This document shows positions 13,681 to 27,171 of a stretch of DNA of 64,000 nucleotides, one piece after another. Within the stretch, counting starts at the first letter, position 1. Each line of letters starts with the position of its first letter. The notes below the pieces were generated by a model. It did not search any database, was not told the DNA's origin, and worked only from the letters and a program-made list of their open reading frames with translations. Source of the DNA: Chiloscyllium plagiosum (lineage: Eukaryota). Both the position numbers and the translations under genes were made by a program. The stretch covers positions 70,294,992 through 70,358,991 of the forward strand of contig NC_057711.1 of assembly GCF_004010195.1 (NCBI RefSeq). Direction: 5' to 3'.

Positions 13681-14838
13681 AACATCAAAACTGAAGGGAA
13701 AGTGCCGTCACAGCGATTTACAATGATAAATGTAAACAGAGGTGTGAGGAAAATGAAAATTATTTGAGAACCAAGTGTGTTCAGGATGTGAGATTTTTAG
13801 ATCTATATCTGCAAGAAATAAGATTCCCACTTTCCACTGTTCTAATATATGACCCTAAAAACTACATTGTCATGCTTCCTCTCTTGAAGTTATTAATTTG
13901 TTACTGATCCTTCAGTATTTTGCTCAAGTGGTTTGTGCACATGCAAGAGACGAGACACTTAAAGATGGTATCAACGCGACCAAAAGGGAAGTTAAATCAC
14001 TGCCCAACCAATATGATCATTTTCTAGACAGCCCACAGGCCTCACAATGCAGCTATAAACAAAGATAATTTAAGATGACCTTTTATTGCCTAATCCTAGC
14101 ACAGTCAAGCAAAATATAACTTTTAAAAATGCATTCACAGGACGTGAACATCACTGGCTAGGCTAGTAGCAATTGCTCATCAGGCAGTTAGGAGTCAACC
14201 ACATTGTTGTGAATCCGAAGTCTCACTGTAGGCCAGACCAGGAAGTGACTGCAGTTTTCTTTCCTGAAGGACATCAGTGAACCAGATGGGTTCTTTACTG
14301 TCACTTTAGTTATGATGGCTAAAAAACTTCAAACTGGCTAAGTAGTATTAAATCCAAGTAGAACAGAGTTTACTTAAAAAGGAAAATATCATAAAGTCTA
14401 TTATTTACTGAAATACACAAATATCTCCATAACTGTTAACATCAAAATACTGTGGTATTCACAAACTAATTCCTGAATATCCCAGTTGTAATTTCTAAAC
14501 ATATGCTTAAGAAACACATGACAATCGCACAAAACAATGTTTGTCAAAAAAAGCTTTTGTTGCCACCTCAGTGACTTTTACTAAAATAAAAATAAATGTC
14601 ACATTTCTAAAATGTATTGATGTAAACATTCAATCTTTGTAGAATATTTACTGCCATTGTTAATACTAAGAATACTTGAGCTGAAGGCAATATCCTCAAC
14701 GCTACCTTAATTAATGACTTCCTACAGTAGCAATTCAAGTTTATATTTCTCAATTTTATACAGTAATCCCTTTACAATGTGATTGCTAAGTGCAGATCAA
14801 TGGGAAGCAGAAGAGAGATTATGGTAATCTTGTCTGAT

Positions 14839-15031
14839 AGTAGACAAACAGGAGTCTGGAAGAACACATCAAGCCAGGCAGCATCAGGAGGTGGAGAAGT
14901 CAATGTTTCGGGTATAACCCTTCTTCAGGTTGACTTCTCCACCTCCTGTTGCTGCCTGGCTTGCTGTGTTCTTCCAGTCTCCTATCTGTCTACTTTGGAT
15001 TCCAGCATTTGTAGTTTATTTTGTCTCTAAC
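14839..15031. mobile_element. Palindromic PLE-tail insertion with 65-bp arms and a 16-bp TSD
   Basis: Arms 14839-14903 and 14930-14994 are reverse complements. taatcttgtYtgatag occurs at 14825-14840 and 15032-15047. Confidence 0.85.
14900..14930 (-). ncRNA. Minimal hammerhead ribozyme motif (PLE type)
   Basis: Minus strand C-CUGAAGA-A-GGGU-UAU-ACCC-GAAAC: CUGANGA and GAAA boxes with a paired stem II. Confidence 0.6.
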
Positions 15032-15252
15032 TAATCTTGTTTGATAGTTTAAATAGTTATGGTGAGCGACCGAATGTTTCATGTTTGCAGGTACAGGGAT
15101 GAGAGGATGCAAGACAGCAAAGGTGTAGATAGACAGAAAGGGCAGATAGAGACTCAGCCTGCAAGAGGACATTGGCATGATAAGAATGGCTCAAGCATGT
15201 GAGAAAAATTAACAAGATAATATGGTGTTAGAAAGGACAATAAAAGCAATCA

Positions 15253-15480
<228 letters not shown>

Positions 15481-15894
15481 CTAATAAAAACATCAAAGGT
15501 TGAAACAAAGCTTATGTTGTGATATCACTTAAAAAATTACTACTTCTATTTTCAGAAACAAGATCTGAATCCATGTAAATGTTTTAGAAGAAGTAGAATT
15601 TTGGCATAATGGGCTGAAATTATTTTTTAAGAACACTTTTACACAGCATTCACTTCATAAGTAATTTATCTCTTGTTCACTTCAGACAGCTGAATTAAAT
15701 ATTATCATCATTAAAGCAACTTTAATATATAAAAGCCAAATGCTGCAGATGCTGGATACGAAATAAAAACCAAATGCTACAGAAACTCAGCACATCTGGT
15801 GAGAAAAACAAAATTAATATATCGAGTCCAATGACTTTTCTTCTGAACTACAATATACTTGGATTTATATTTGAAGGATCTAATTAATAACATT

Positions 15895-16400
15895 CGATTA
15901 GGAGTACTTGAATTCATGAGTGGGAATAGGTTTGCCCTATCCACTCTGTCCCGACCCCTCATGATTTTGAAAACTTCTATCACATCTTCTCTCCAAGTCT
16001 TCTTCTTTCCAAGGCAAGCAGTCCCAACTTCTTCAATTTTTTTGTCTTAATTGGTGTGTCTCATCCCTGGAACCATTTGTGTAAGTATCTTCAGTGCTCT
16101 ATCTAATGCATTCACTTCCTTCCTTCAGTGTGATTCTCAGAACTATGCACAGTACTCCAGCTGAGGTCTAATCATTGTCTTAAAAGTTTATCATAACCTT
16201 CTACTTTTGAGTTCTTTGTCTCTATTTATGAAGCTTAGAATACTGTATAATTTCTCTCTCTACCTGTCAAGCCACCTTTAATGATTTATGCATAATTATA
16301 ACCAGCTCTCCTGTACACCCTTTTGAACAGTATCCTTTAGTTTATGCTGCCTCCCATGTTACACTGCCCAACGTTGAACCCCATGTACCAAATCTTCCAT
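15895..16400 (-). mobile_element. CR1-type LINE fragment
   Basis: Minus frame IEVFKIMRGRDRVDRANLFPL. Confidence 0.75.
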
Positions 16401-16447
16401 TATCTGCCAAAATGGAAGCATGGGGTAAACTTCAGAGATGCTGTTGC

Positions 16448-17675
16448 GTTTGATTTGATTTGATTTATTGTAGTCACATATACCTAAGTATAGTGAAAAG
16501 CTTTGTTTTGTAAGCAGTACAAGCAGATTATAGTAAGCCAGGACATACAGATCATAGGGTGCTTAGACAAAGTGAGGTATACAGGTTAAACTGCACAGGA
16601 AGCATGCAAAGTAAGATCAATATTAACAAGATCAACATTATTTGAAATTGGAGAGTCCATTCATCAGTCTAATAATGGCAGGGAAGAAGCTGTTCTTGAA
16701 CCTGTTGGTGCATATGTTCAAGCTTCTGTATCTTCTGCCTGACGGAAGAGGTTATAGGAGAGCATCATGAGGGTGGGAGGAGTCTTTGATGATGTTGGCA
16801 GCCTTTCCTTGGCAGCGGGAAGTGTGAGCGGACTCCATGGATGGCAGGCTGACTTCCGTGATGGCCTGCGCTGTAGTTTCTTAAGGTCCTAGACAGAGCA
16901 GTTGCCATACCAGGCCCCTATGCACCCAAATATGCTTTCTGTGGTGCATCTGTAAAAGTTGGTGAGGGTCTTTATGGACATGTTGAATTTCATAAACTGC
17001 CTGAGGAAGAAGAGGCATTGTTGTGCCTTCTTGACCATCCCATCTGCGTGAGAGGTCCAGGACAGGTTGTCGGTTATCATCACTCCCAGGAACTTGATGG
17101 TCTCAACCTCCATTGATGTAGATGGGGGTGTATTCTCCTCCTTTCTTTCTGAAAAGAATGTTCAGTTCTTTTGTTTTGCCAACATAGAGAGGTTGTTACC
17201 ATTGAACCATGACACCAAGCCCTCTATCTCCTTTTTGCATTCCAACTCATTGTTGTTTGATATCCATCCTACCACCCTGGTGTCACCAGCAAACTTGCAG
17301 ATGGCATTCATTCAGAATTTGGCAACACAATCGTGGGTGTACATGGAGTACAGTAAGTGGCTGAGAACACATTCTTGGGGGGGCTCCTGTTGAGGGTTAT
17401 CGAGGAAGAGGTGCAGGTTTCTATCTTCACTGATTGCAGTCTGTGGGTCAGGAAGCTGAGGATCCAGTGGCAGAGGGCAGAGCCAAGGCCTAGGTCTCAG
17501 AGTTTGGAGGCGATTATGGTGTTGAAGACAGCGCTGTAGTCAATCAGTAGGAGTCTGACATAGGTGTCATTATTGCTGAGATGTTTCAGGGACGAGTGTA
17601 CGGCTAGGGAAATTATGTCTGTTGTGGACCTGTTATATCAGTAGGCAAGTTGCAGTGGATTGAGGGAGGCTGGGA
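16448..17675 (-). mobile_element. Rex1/Babar-type LINE, RT and 3' end
   Basis: Minus frame VETIKFLGVMITDNLSWTSH...KKAQQCLFFLRQ...LTNFYRCTTESI, an LNPLQLAY-like motif near 17645-17665, and an AATAAA+(ATCAA)n tail at 16448-16470. Confidence 0.85.
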
Positions 17676-17679
17676 GCGG

Positions 17680-18667
17680 AGAGAGGGGAGAGGAAATGAG
17701 GAAGCTGTGGAAAACATGCAGCTACCCCGTGTGGTTGCAGAGCCCCAAGGCGGAATATGAGGTGTTCCTCTTCCAGGCATTGGGTGGTAATAGTTTGGCA
17801 GTAGAGGAGGACCAGGACCTGCAAGTCCTTGACGGAGTGGGAGGGGGAGTTGAAGTGGTCAGCCATGGGTTGGTGGGTGCGGGTGTCCCAGAGATGTTCT
17901 CTGAAATGATCTGCAAGAAGTCGTCCTGGGAGTCAGGTCCACACACCCACCAGCACACACCCCATCCTGGCACCTTTCTCTGCCACTGCAGGAAGTGCAA
18001 AATCTATGCCCATACCACTCCCCTTACCTCCATCCAAGGCCCCAAGGGATCCTTCCATATCCGTCAGAAATACACCTGTACCTCTACCAATGTCATCTAC
18101 TACATCCGTTGCACCCGGTGTGGTCTCCTCTACATTGGGGAGACAGGACGCCTGCTTGCGGATCGTTTCAGAGAACATCTCTAGGTCACCCGCACCCACC
18201 AACCCCACCGGCCCGTGGCTGAACACTTCAACTCCTCCCGCTACTCCGTCAAGGACATGCAGGTCCTGGGCCTCGTCCAACGCCAAACCATTACCACCTG
18301 ATGCCTGAAGGAGGAACGCCTCATATTGCACCTTGGGACCCTGCAACCACACGGGATAATTATGGATTTCAACAGCTTCCTCATTTCCCCCCCACCAAAC
18401 ATTATCCCAGTCCCAAGCCTCCAACCTGGCACCGCCCTCTGGACTCGTCCATCACTGCTCCACTCTGACCTATCACCTGCTCCCTCACCTTCATCCACCT
18501 ATCACTTTCCCAGCTACCTCCCCCAACCCCACCCCCCTCCTATTTATCTCTCAGCCCGGACCCACAAGCCTCATTTCTGATGAAGGGCTTATGCCCAAAA
18601 CGAGAATTCTCCTGCTCCTCGGATGCTGCCTGACCTGCTGTGCTTTCCAGCACCACACTCTCGACTG
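17680..18667. mobile_element. Penelope-like element: GIY-YIG endonuclease region and tail (17931-18667 +), preceded by an inverted partial copy (17680-17930 -)
   Basis: CHCRKCKI...YTCTSTNVIYYIRCTRCGLLYIGETGRLLADRFREHL. 17680-17915 is the reverse complement of ~18165-18395. Confidence 0.92.
18570..18612 (+). ncRNA. Minimal hammerhead motif in the PLE tail (G12-to-A change, probably inactive)
   Basis: CUGAUGA-A-GGGC-UUAU-GCCC-aAAAC. Confidence 0.55.
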
Positions 18668-20737
18668 TGGTGCACCCACCAGTCTGCAGAACTGAGTCTA
18701 ATCTAGGTAGAGACCCCACTGAGATCAAAGTCTCTGAGCTGATGGTATAGGTAAAAGCCTTATCAGTGTATCCTCTGAGGGTTCAGTGGCTTCCTCCTCA
18801 GAGGTGGAGATGGAGAGTATGGTGTCTGCTACTGGCATCTTTAAGGCAGAAGTTTGTTGATTGCTGCTAGTAGCTCATAAGAAAAGAGAGTTGTGCAAAA
18901 GAGATCAAAACTAGTGCAGATTAAAAAGATGTTAGTGTTGATGGTAATGGAAAACAGCCCAACACAATGATGCTTGCTGGGTTTGTCACCCATTGGGGTC
19001 TCTCCATCTTGACTGGACCGATTGTGTTCTTCTCTGGCCAGCTTGTTGCACGGGCAATGTACCGCCCCCCCACATCTGCCTCTCTTGTTTTATGATTTCA
19101 TGAGAATAGCCAGCACATCATGTTTGCATGATTAAAGAGAGGAAGATTGAGACAGAAATCGCTGAGAGCCATGGCGGACCAGATGCCATGAATCTCACTC
19201 GATTAAACACAGACAAAATTCAGACCTTTGTCTCAGAAAGCACAAACTATCTAAAACAAAATCAATAGTAAAATTTAACAAACTGAAGTTTCATATATGC
19301 TTCTTAAACTAGGGAACTTCCATTCCTTAATCATACTTGTATAACTGGCAAAGTGAACATCTTTTCAATAAGCCTATACAGTGCACAATTAGGGAGAACA
19401 TGAAGAGAAGTATTTTTGATTTGCTCAGATTTCCTTCACTATTGCCCATAGTCTAGAATTTTTATTGTATACTGAAATGCCATTCTCATTCTAAAGCAGT
19501 CCATTCTGGTCCCCATGTGACATTTCAAGGGGATCAGAAAGTTTTAACTAATGAAATAGTAAATTGGCTGCTATGGCTGCACTGAATTTTAATCTTGGAT
19601 TCAAACATGTCGGGCCATACTGGAATTTTTTCATCAATACATATGAGACTACTTTGCATCAACTTAAAGATGGAAGAACATGTGCAGCCCTCTATTGGTA
19701 TTCCACCATCGTAAGGACAAATCATATTGAGGAACAAAACAACAAACAGTATTCTAGAAGAATTTTACGTGAGCAATAATCCAAAATATTGAGCCAATCA
19801 TAATTATTAATGGACAGCAAAGCCCATAAACCTGAAGAGAAGTGAGTATTTCTGGTCAACTGAAGCAAAATTCTCAGCCACAGAAAGTGGTTGATGCCAA
19901 AACACTGCAATATTTTCAAGAAGAAATTAGAAACCATTCTTAGGGCTAAATAGATCACAAGATATGGGGAGAAACCAGGAACACCATACTGAATTGGACG
20001 ATTAGTCATTATCAGAATAAATGGCAAAGCAGGCTTGAAGGGCCAAATAACCTACTCCTGCTATATTCCTATGTTATGGCTCACTGAGATACTGGCAAAT
20101 TACATTATGCAAGAGAAAAACCTTTCAGGAAATTGCTTAAACTTCAACAGAAATCTAATACATTTCATGCTGGGTTACTGTTAAACTGCAGCTACTTAAA
20201 AGTAAATACCTACATCTGTTCATTTGCATTATCAACTTTGAAAAATCTAATTTTCGTGAATGACTTACACATGAAATTTTATGCAATAATTTCAAAGAAA
20301 GAAAAAGGTTTCATGATTCCAGTTTCATTTTCCATTGGAAGTTAAATAGCTATTTGAGAAAACGATTACTACAGATTGTGTAGTTTTTACTTAGAGTGAA
20401 AAATCAGCATCTTTATATTTGTCCCCATGATAAGATTTTCTTTTCAATCACGAATGTTTTATGTCAATCTCTACGAAGATAAAATAAATTGATTAAGCTT
20501 TATAATTCAAAAAATGTCTAATTATTTGCTTATCTCCATGTCATTTTTTCATCCAGTTTGTCTAACCAAAAATAACATTTTGTTGGGGCAATTTACCTCA
20601 ACAAAACATTCAAAGGAAACATTTTTGAAGGTAATCACTCCTTTTAAAAAGGAACAAAATATGTGAGGTTGTTTTACTGATTTCTCTACGTTGGTATGGG
20701 AACTAAATTATATAAAAGACATCTGAATGCATTTTAC

Positions 20738-20860
20738 CTTTTCAAGAGTTAAAAGATTGATCTCTGACTGAAGTCGAATTTCAGGTTTACTGCTCTGCTG
20801 CTCCTTGTACTGATGGAACTCTTTTTCAAGTAGTTTGTATTTCTGTTCTGCTTCATGGAG
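20738..20860 (-). CDS. CEP120: CEP120 exon, 123 bp, coiled coil
   Basis: ctatctag|CTCCAT...GAAAAG|gtaaaa. Peptide [41 protein letters not shown]. Confidence 0.96.
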
Positions 20861-23180
20861 CTAGATAGAATTCATGAAAGGAAAAAAACTTTCAAGAAAC
20901 TAAAGGAAGTCAGCTTATCCTTTAGACATTAAACAGATGCTCTAAAAATTCACATTCAAAATAAATGGGTTTTTAACACAACTGAAGTACATGCAGACTA
21001 ACAGCAAGATAGCTGAACACTGCGGTTTAAAAATGGATGAATAATTTCATTGTTTACATCCTGCTGACAATGCCAGTGAGGATACTAAACAGCAACACAT
21101 AACTAGCTAATTCTTCTACAGCAGATCATTATTTATACATCTATTCAGTTAGCACTTTGGCAGTTTACACTACATTGCAATAACTTTTTAATATATACAC
21201 TGTACAATATCCAAGTGTAACTTAATAAATAGACCAACTAGTATACTGAGAACACAGATTTTAGGATGTTACTCCAGTAAGAAATTGAAAAATTATTCTT
21301 CCTCCTGATGACTAACTTCAAATTATAAAACATATGAGGTCATTAGTTACTGACAAAATGTTAAATGCTGACATGCAAAAATAACCTGCTTTTGATGAGT
21401 GTTAAAACTGAAGTTTTAATTAATGCAGTTTCTTAGACACAAATCTAAGTTGCTAAAACATATCAGCACGGAACAACACATTTAACAACCACGGAAATTG
21501 GTCTGAATACAATTATAAACAACACATCATCTGAAAATGTATAATAGTTAGCATAGTACCTAAACATGTGCAAATATTATGTATGAAAAAAAGTCCCGAC
21601 CAGGAGCTTTTCTGGAAAGGGGAATCTTTTAAAATAGGTCCACAGTCTGAGGAGGAACAGTAGAAACATTCAGATATACTAAGTTTATAGTGTTTCATTG
21701 AATCGGCACTGAAGATGGGAAAGGCCTGGTTGTAGAACATACTTATTCTACAATTATGGGTACACAATGTAATAGAATTTATCAACTATGAAACTCGAAT
21801 GAAACAAAGGCATAGATTTAGTTCAAAACAGTAGCTGCTTTATGAAACTTACTTGACAAATAGCTTAACATTTTATTAACAAGTGGCAAAATGCTGCAAA
21901 ATAAACTGACAGCCAAAACAGAAAATGGAAATGGATCAATAGCTAGGGCAGTTCACAGTTAATTTAATTGCAAGTGCATTCAACCTAGACAGCAGAAATT
22001 TAAGATGCCACTTTCCAACTGCTTAAGACAACAAGTTGGTCACCTGAGCCCATGTGATAGTAATTAACACTGGAAGAGAGCTTTCTTATGTGGTCAATTG
22101 GCAATAAGACGTTTCCATTTCTGTGAATGAATTACAATTAATTCAAAAGTTAATTATTGTTAATTGGTCTGCAATTTCATTGCTTCATAAAGCATTACTG
22201 TCAATTTTCAATAACAATGTAGCAGAAAGCTATCCTGACAACTAATGTATAGCCCTCGACGCTTGAGTATTTCTGTGCACTAGATTACCAAATTGCTTTT
22301 AATCTGTTACCTTTTGGTCAAAGTAGAATTTTAAGATCTTAGATGAATGTGAAGAGAATATCTTTTCACTCTATGACAGTATAGAAGTGCTTTGTTCTTG
22401 TAACTGTGATTGAGATCTGGTATCGTCACTTGAGCAGTACATCAAGCAAAAGCTGAAAGCACTGTACTGAGCTAGATGCCTAAACTGTGTGCTCAAATTG
22501 TGAAATGGGAGTTACATCAATGATTTTCCAACTGGCAAGTGAGCTATCTCTGAGCAAAGATGACATGGAACTTCCTTAGGTGAAAAACACTGATGTGTGC
22601 AACGGGTGCAATTGTACAAATAAGTTCTAAAATAGTGGCATAAAGAAGTAGCCTAAATATTTTTGAGTGCATCTATAAATCTACATGGCTGGATTTTACA
22701 TGTTCCTATCAGGCGTATTTTTGAAGGGGCTGTGTGGGAGAGAAAGGGGTTCACAGAAAACATGCCCACAATCTGGGAAGAAATGCTGGATGCGTTCTGC
22801 AAAACTAAGTTAATAATGTTTCACTTGTTAGGCACTGAAGGTGGAAAAGGCTTGGGAAAGAGCAGGCTGTAGGTGTCTGACATCATGTTGTTGACAATGA
22901 GACCGTTATGCAAGATCACCTGGTGCCAATTTTCATGGAGATTCTGATAAATGAAGACAAAAGTAATAACAAATTCAATTTCTAAGTGCAAATACACCAG
23001 AAAGAATACTTAATGTGATGCCATTGCTAAAATACCTACAAGCATGAAGAAATTAAAATTGCATGCTTCATTGACAAGATGGATGAGCACAATAAAGTAA
23101 GAACAAACTGATCATAAAGAATTACTAATGTTTTGAAAAAGCATCTTATGTTGCCTCTGACTAGCAATCCTTTTCCTCAC

Positions 23181-23342
23181 CTGCTGTTGTAAACGAGACT
23201 TATCTTGTTCCAACTGGTTAAGTTTTAACTTTTCCAGCTCTACCTGACGGACAGAATCTTCTGTACAACGTCTCATGGTGTCTTGCATTTCTCGCAAACT
23301 CCGATCATGCTCATCTTGTAACTCTCTTCTCAACCTCTGGAG
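23181..23342 (-). CDS. CEP120: CEP120 exon, 162 bp, coiled coil
   Basis: gtatatag|CTCCAG...CAGCAG|gtgagg. Peptide [54 protein letters not shown]. Confidence 0.94.
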
Positions 23343-24059
23343 CTATATACAGGATAATAGTTCGAAAAACTTACAGATAAGCTTAATGACAAACAAGATA
23401 ATTAATAAAATATTGATGATGCAGTAACTAATTTTGTTAATTCCTGTACAGGATGTCGCCAATGTTGGAAGTGCTTATTGTCCAGTCCAAATGCTATTGA
23501 AAAGGTGTGAAGAAGCCATTGCATCCCTTGTGAAGATATTTTCCACAGTGCTGTTAGGTGAAAAACAACAGGATTTTGGCCCAGCAATGGAGAAGGGTGC
23601 CAGATATTGAACAGCTGTCCTGTGAAACTTGTTTGCATTACATTATGCAAATTTCAACAGACTGATAAATTATTGGTTCATTAGATCTACTCTAATCTTA
23701 TACACATCTTGCATGGTTGAGAGAGCTGACCACTCAACAAATTCAAGTGAGAACATCCTTTAGCTTAGTTTTCTCACAATATTTATCAATGAAAGCTCAT
23801 TTTGAGTGCAGTGCTGTGGAAGTTTAAAAGCATACTATAAATGACACAATGTAACTTATGAAAATTGGAATGCAAGTTATGTTTGAGTATGAATCATACT
23901 TTGAAGCATTACAATAATTTGGACTAGTTATTTCAGGGCATTTCACCTAGACGGGTTTGTCATCAGTAACTCTTAGCCACAGATTTAATGGTCAGTCATA
24001 GACTGGTTCTTAGTAAGGTGAAGATCTGACAGCTTGAGATTATTAGGTCTGTTAACACA

Positions 24060-24640
24060 TGATGCTGAGGTGAGCTTCTGACTCATATTCATGTCCTCTA
24101 TAAGAATGACTCTTTTAAGCTCTGTAACATCACTCAAATTCACATTTGACTCAGCTGATCTGCTGTTGAAATCCTCATCCATGTCTTTGATTACTTCAAA
24201 GTATCAACACAATTTTGGCTAGTTTCCCTCAGTCTATTCCCCATAAACTTCAGATCATCCAAACCACGGCCATGTCTTACTTCGTGACATGCCTTATTCA
24301 TCCATTACCCCTGTGCTCAACAAGATCAAGCAACAACTTGATATTGGAAATGTCATCCTTGTTTTCAAATCACTCCACAGCCTGTTATTTCCCATCTCTA
24401 TGATCTCTTCCAGTCTCACAACTCATTTTAAGAGTTTTGTACTCCTCTAATTATTGTCTTTTGTGTATTCCCAATCATAATTGCAGCACTTTTGGAGTTA
24501 TTTAATTCCCAAGCTCTGGAATTCCCTCCCTCCACATCATTTTTAAGACATTGCAAAAACAAAGTTACTTAATATATCTTTTGTGGCTCAGGCTCAGTGT
24601 CATACTTTGTTTTGTTACACTCCTGTGAAGTGCATGGATA
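24060..24640 (+). mobile_element. L2-like LINE 3' fragment
   Basis: gaaatcctcatccatgtcttt...ataaacttcagatcatccaaacc...ctctggaattccctccc. Homologous to 59560-59940. Confidence 0.6.
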
Positions 24641-25639
24641 TATATCATTCTGTTGAATAAATAAAATTTATTCTTGTCAAAGGTGATCTGCATTAATTTG
24701 GTGCTCTTGATGAATACCTTACCAGGGCATAAATTAAAATATTCCAAATGATTTGCTTTGTACACTACGCATGCACTGGAAGTCCTTAGGCCTACAAGAT
24801 GCATGCCTCCCTCTCCATTTCAGCACGACAAATCAACAAGAGATGTCATGCAGCTAACCATACGTGCAGTGTTAATTTTCAGCTTTCAGAAATGCACATT
24901 TTCGAAGTCAAAGAAATTGAATCGAATCCCAATTTTGCTTGCAACTTCAGGGTTGAGTATTACAACACTGTCCATGAGATACTGACAACACAGCAATAGG
25001 AAATTATTCTTTTGAAACAGAAACTATATTGTAATTTACCAAAAAGAAAATATTGAAGCCAAAACTAAGAGGACTTCTTTTTAACAATGAAATGAGGCAA
25101 CTGAATTATTTTATTAAGCAAAATGGTTTTTTCTTTGCTAATCTAAACTCCAAACTTTGCATTTATCTTTTCAACTTGAAAGTAATTTTTCACAAATAAT
25201 ATTGAAATCACAATGCAGGAATTCATATGTCTTGTGAAAGGTCAAGTCAACATTTTGTTTTACATTATAGGTGAAAAATAAATTACGATAAACTTTACAC
25301 AGTTCACTTGAGTACAAAGCCTGTCAGTAATTCCTCAAAAGTAATTTACTATCGGTATATAAAATTGACTCAAAAACGGGTAACCACACTTACTGATTTA
25401 CTAAATAACTCTAGTACAAGAATGGGAAAAGGAAAATAAATCTTCTTAATAATGTTTGGATTATAGAATGGATCAGTTCAACTTAATTGTAATCATAAAG
25501 AATGTTAAAATTATAAGTCTGCTTGCCTGTTCAGTAAGATTTTTAAAAATCTCAAGGCAACGTTTGAAAAAGAGAGTTCCCAGTATCCTATATGACCTAC
25601 ATTTATGCTTCAATGAACTTTACTAAAAATATTAACATG

Positions 25640-26165
25640 CTCAGTCCTGGTCTCCTTGCTATAGGAAATATGTTGTGAAATTTGAAAGGGTTCGGGAAAA
25701 AATAGTAAGCATGTTGCCAGGATTGAAGGGTTTGAGGTATCGGGAGAGGCTGAATAGGCTGGGGCTATTTCCCCTGGAGTGTCAGAGGCCGAGGGGTGAC
25801 CCTATAGAAGTTTATAGGGTCATGAAGGGCATGGATAGGGTGAACAGTCAAGGTCTTTTCCACAGGGTAGGGGAGTCCAAAACTAGAGGGCATAGGTTTA
25901 AAAGGTGCGTGGGGAGAGATTTGAAACGGACTTAAGGGGCAACTTTTCCATGCAGAGGGTAGTGCGCGCATAGAATGAGGCACCGGAGGAAGTGATGGAG
26001 GCTGGTACAATTACACTATTTAAAAGGCATCTGGATGGATATTTGAATGGGAAGGATTTAGAGGAGTTTGTGCCAAATGCTGGCAAATGGGACGAGATTA
26101 ATTTAAGATAACTGGTCAGCATAGAAAATTGGACTGAGGCATCTGTGTCCATGCTGTACATCTCT
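25640..26165 (+). mobile_element. CR1/HER-type LINE 3' end
   Basis: KFERVREKIVSMLPGLKGLRYRERLNRLGLFPLE...KTRGHRFK plus the shared 3' UTR. Confidence 0.9.
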
Positions 26166-27078
26166 AAGTCATTATTTCATTGCTGATTGGAATATGCAAA
26201 TTGTTATTTAGACAGAAATAGAAGTGAATCACAGACTTTAAAAATAATTAGTTAGCTGTGAATTATTTTGGGACACTAAGAAAATGATAGGCATTTTTTA
26301 AATGTGGCAATACAACACCACTACCATTAAGTCTCCATCGTTAGCATTTCATCACTACTGACCAGGAGTTTAACTGGATGAACCATCGCAAAGAGTTAAT
26401 TTGCTGAAAAGAAACTATTTACCTCCTGATCTTTGAAAGCAACTCCAGTAGTTAACAACTAAAGTCAAAGTTGCAATGGAATAGTCAATTTTCTGTATGG
26501 CCCAAATTTAACTCAAATCAAGTTCAATGCCATTTAGGACAGCACAGGTCAGTTGCTGCTGTCCCATCATTAAACTCAATATTCATTTATTTCACTAACA
26601 GTAAACTGTGGCTGTAGTATATTCCATCTACAGCATGCAGTGCAATACTTCAAGTTCACTTCAAAGATCGCAGCCCTGTAACCTCCATATCAGAGAAGAG
26701 CAAAATTCCATGGTCACGGGAATATATCTCAAAACCCTTCATGCCATGGATTGTCCTGACTTGGACATAGACTGCTATTCCTCAATTGCATACATACCCT
26801 AGAATTCTCTCCTCAACACCTTAACTGCAGTGATTCAAAAAGCCCACCACTACCACCTACAGGAAAATAAGGGATGTACAGCAATTACAATCTTGACAGC
26901 AATGCCCAATTATCAGGAACAAATGTTTCTTTTAAATCTTTTTAAAACATTAAATTTACTTGAAATTTTACACTGCAACTAAAGAGAAAGGTTACATGTT
27001 CATGAACAGTATCAAATAAAAAGCAAGGTTATTGTATTTTGCACCTTTAATGTTATAAGAAATTTTAAATACAATCAC

Positions 27079-27171
27079 CTCCACTTCACCATGAGCAAGC
27101 TGTCTCTCTCTTTTTTCCAAATCTGCCAATGTTTTTTGTAGTCGTTCCTCAAGTGCAGCATATTCAAGCAC
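27079..27171 (-). CDS. CEP120: CEP120 exon, 93 bp, coiled coil
   Basis: gatgttag|GTGCTT...GTGGAG|gtgatt. Peptide VLEYAALEERLQKTLADLEKRERQLAHGEVE. Confidence 0.93.

Noticed and set aside
17660..18580. Overlapping 75-174 aa ORFs as host genes
   Set aside because: Explained by the GC-rich PLE sequence and its inverted copy. Only the GIY-YIG frame is meaningful, and it is interrupted by stops.
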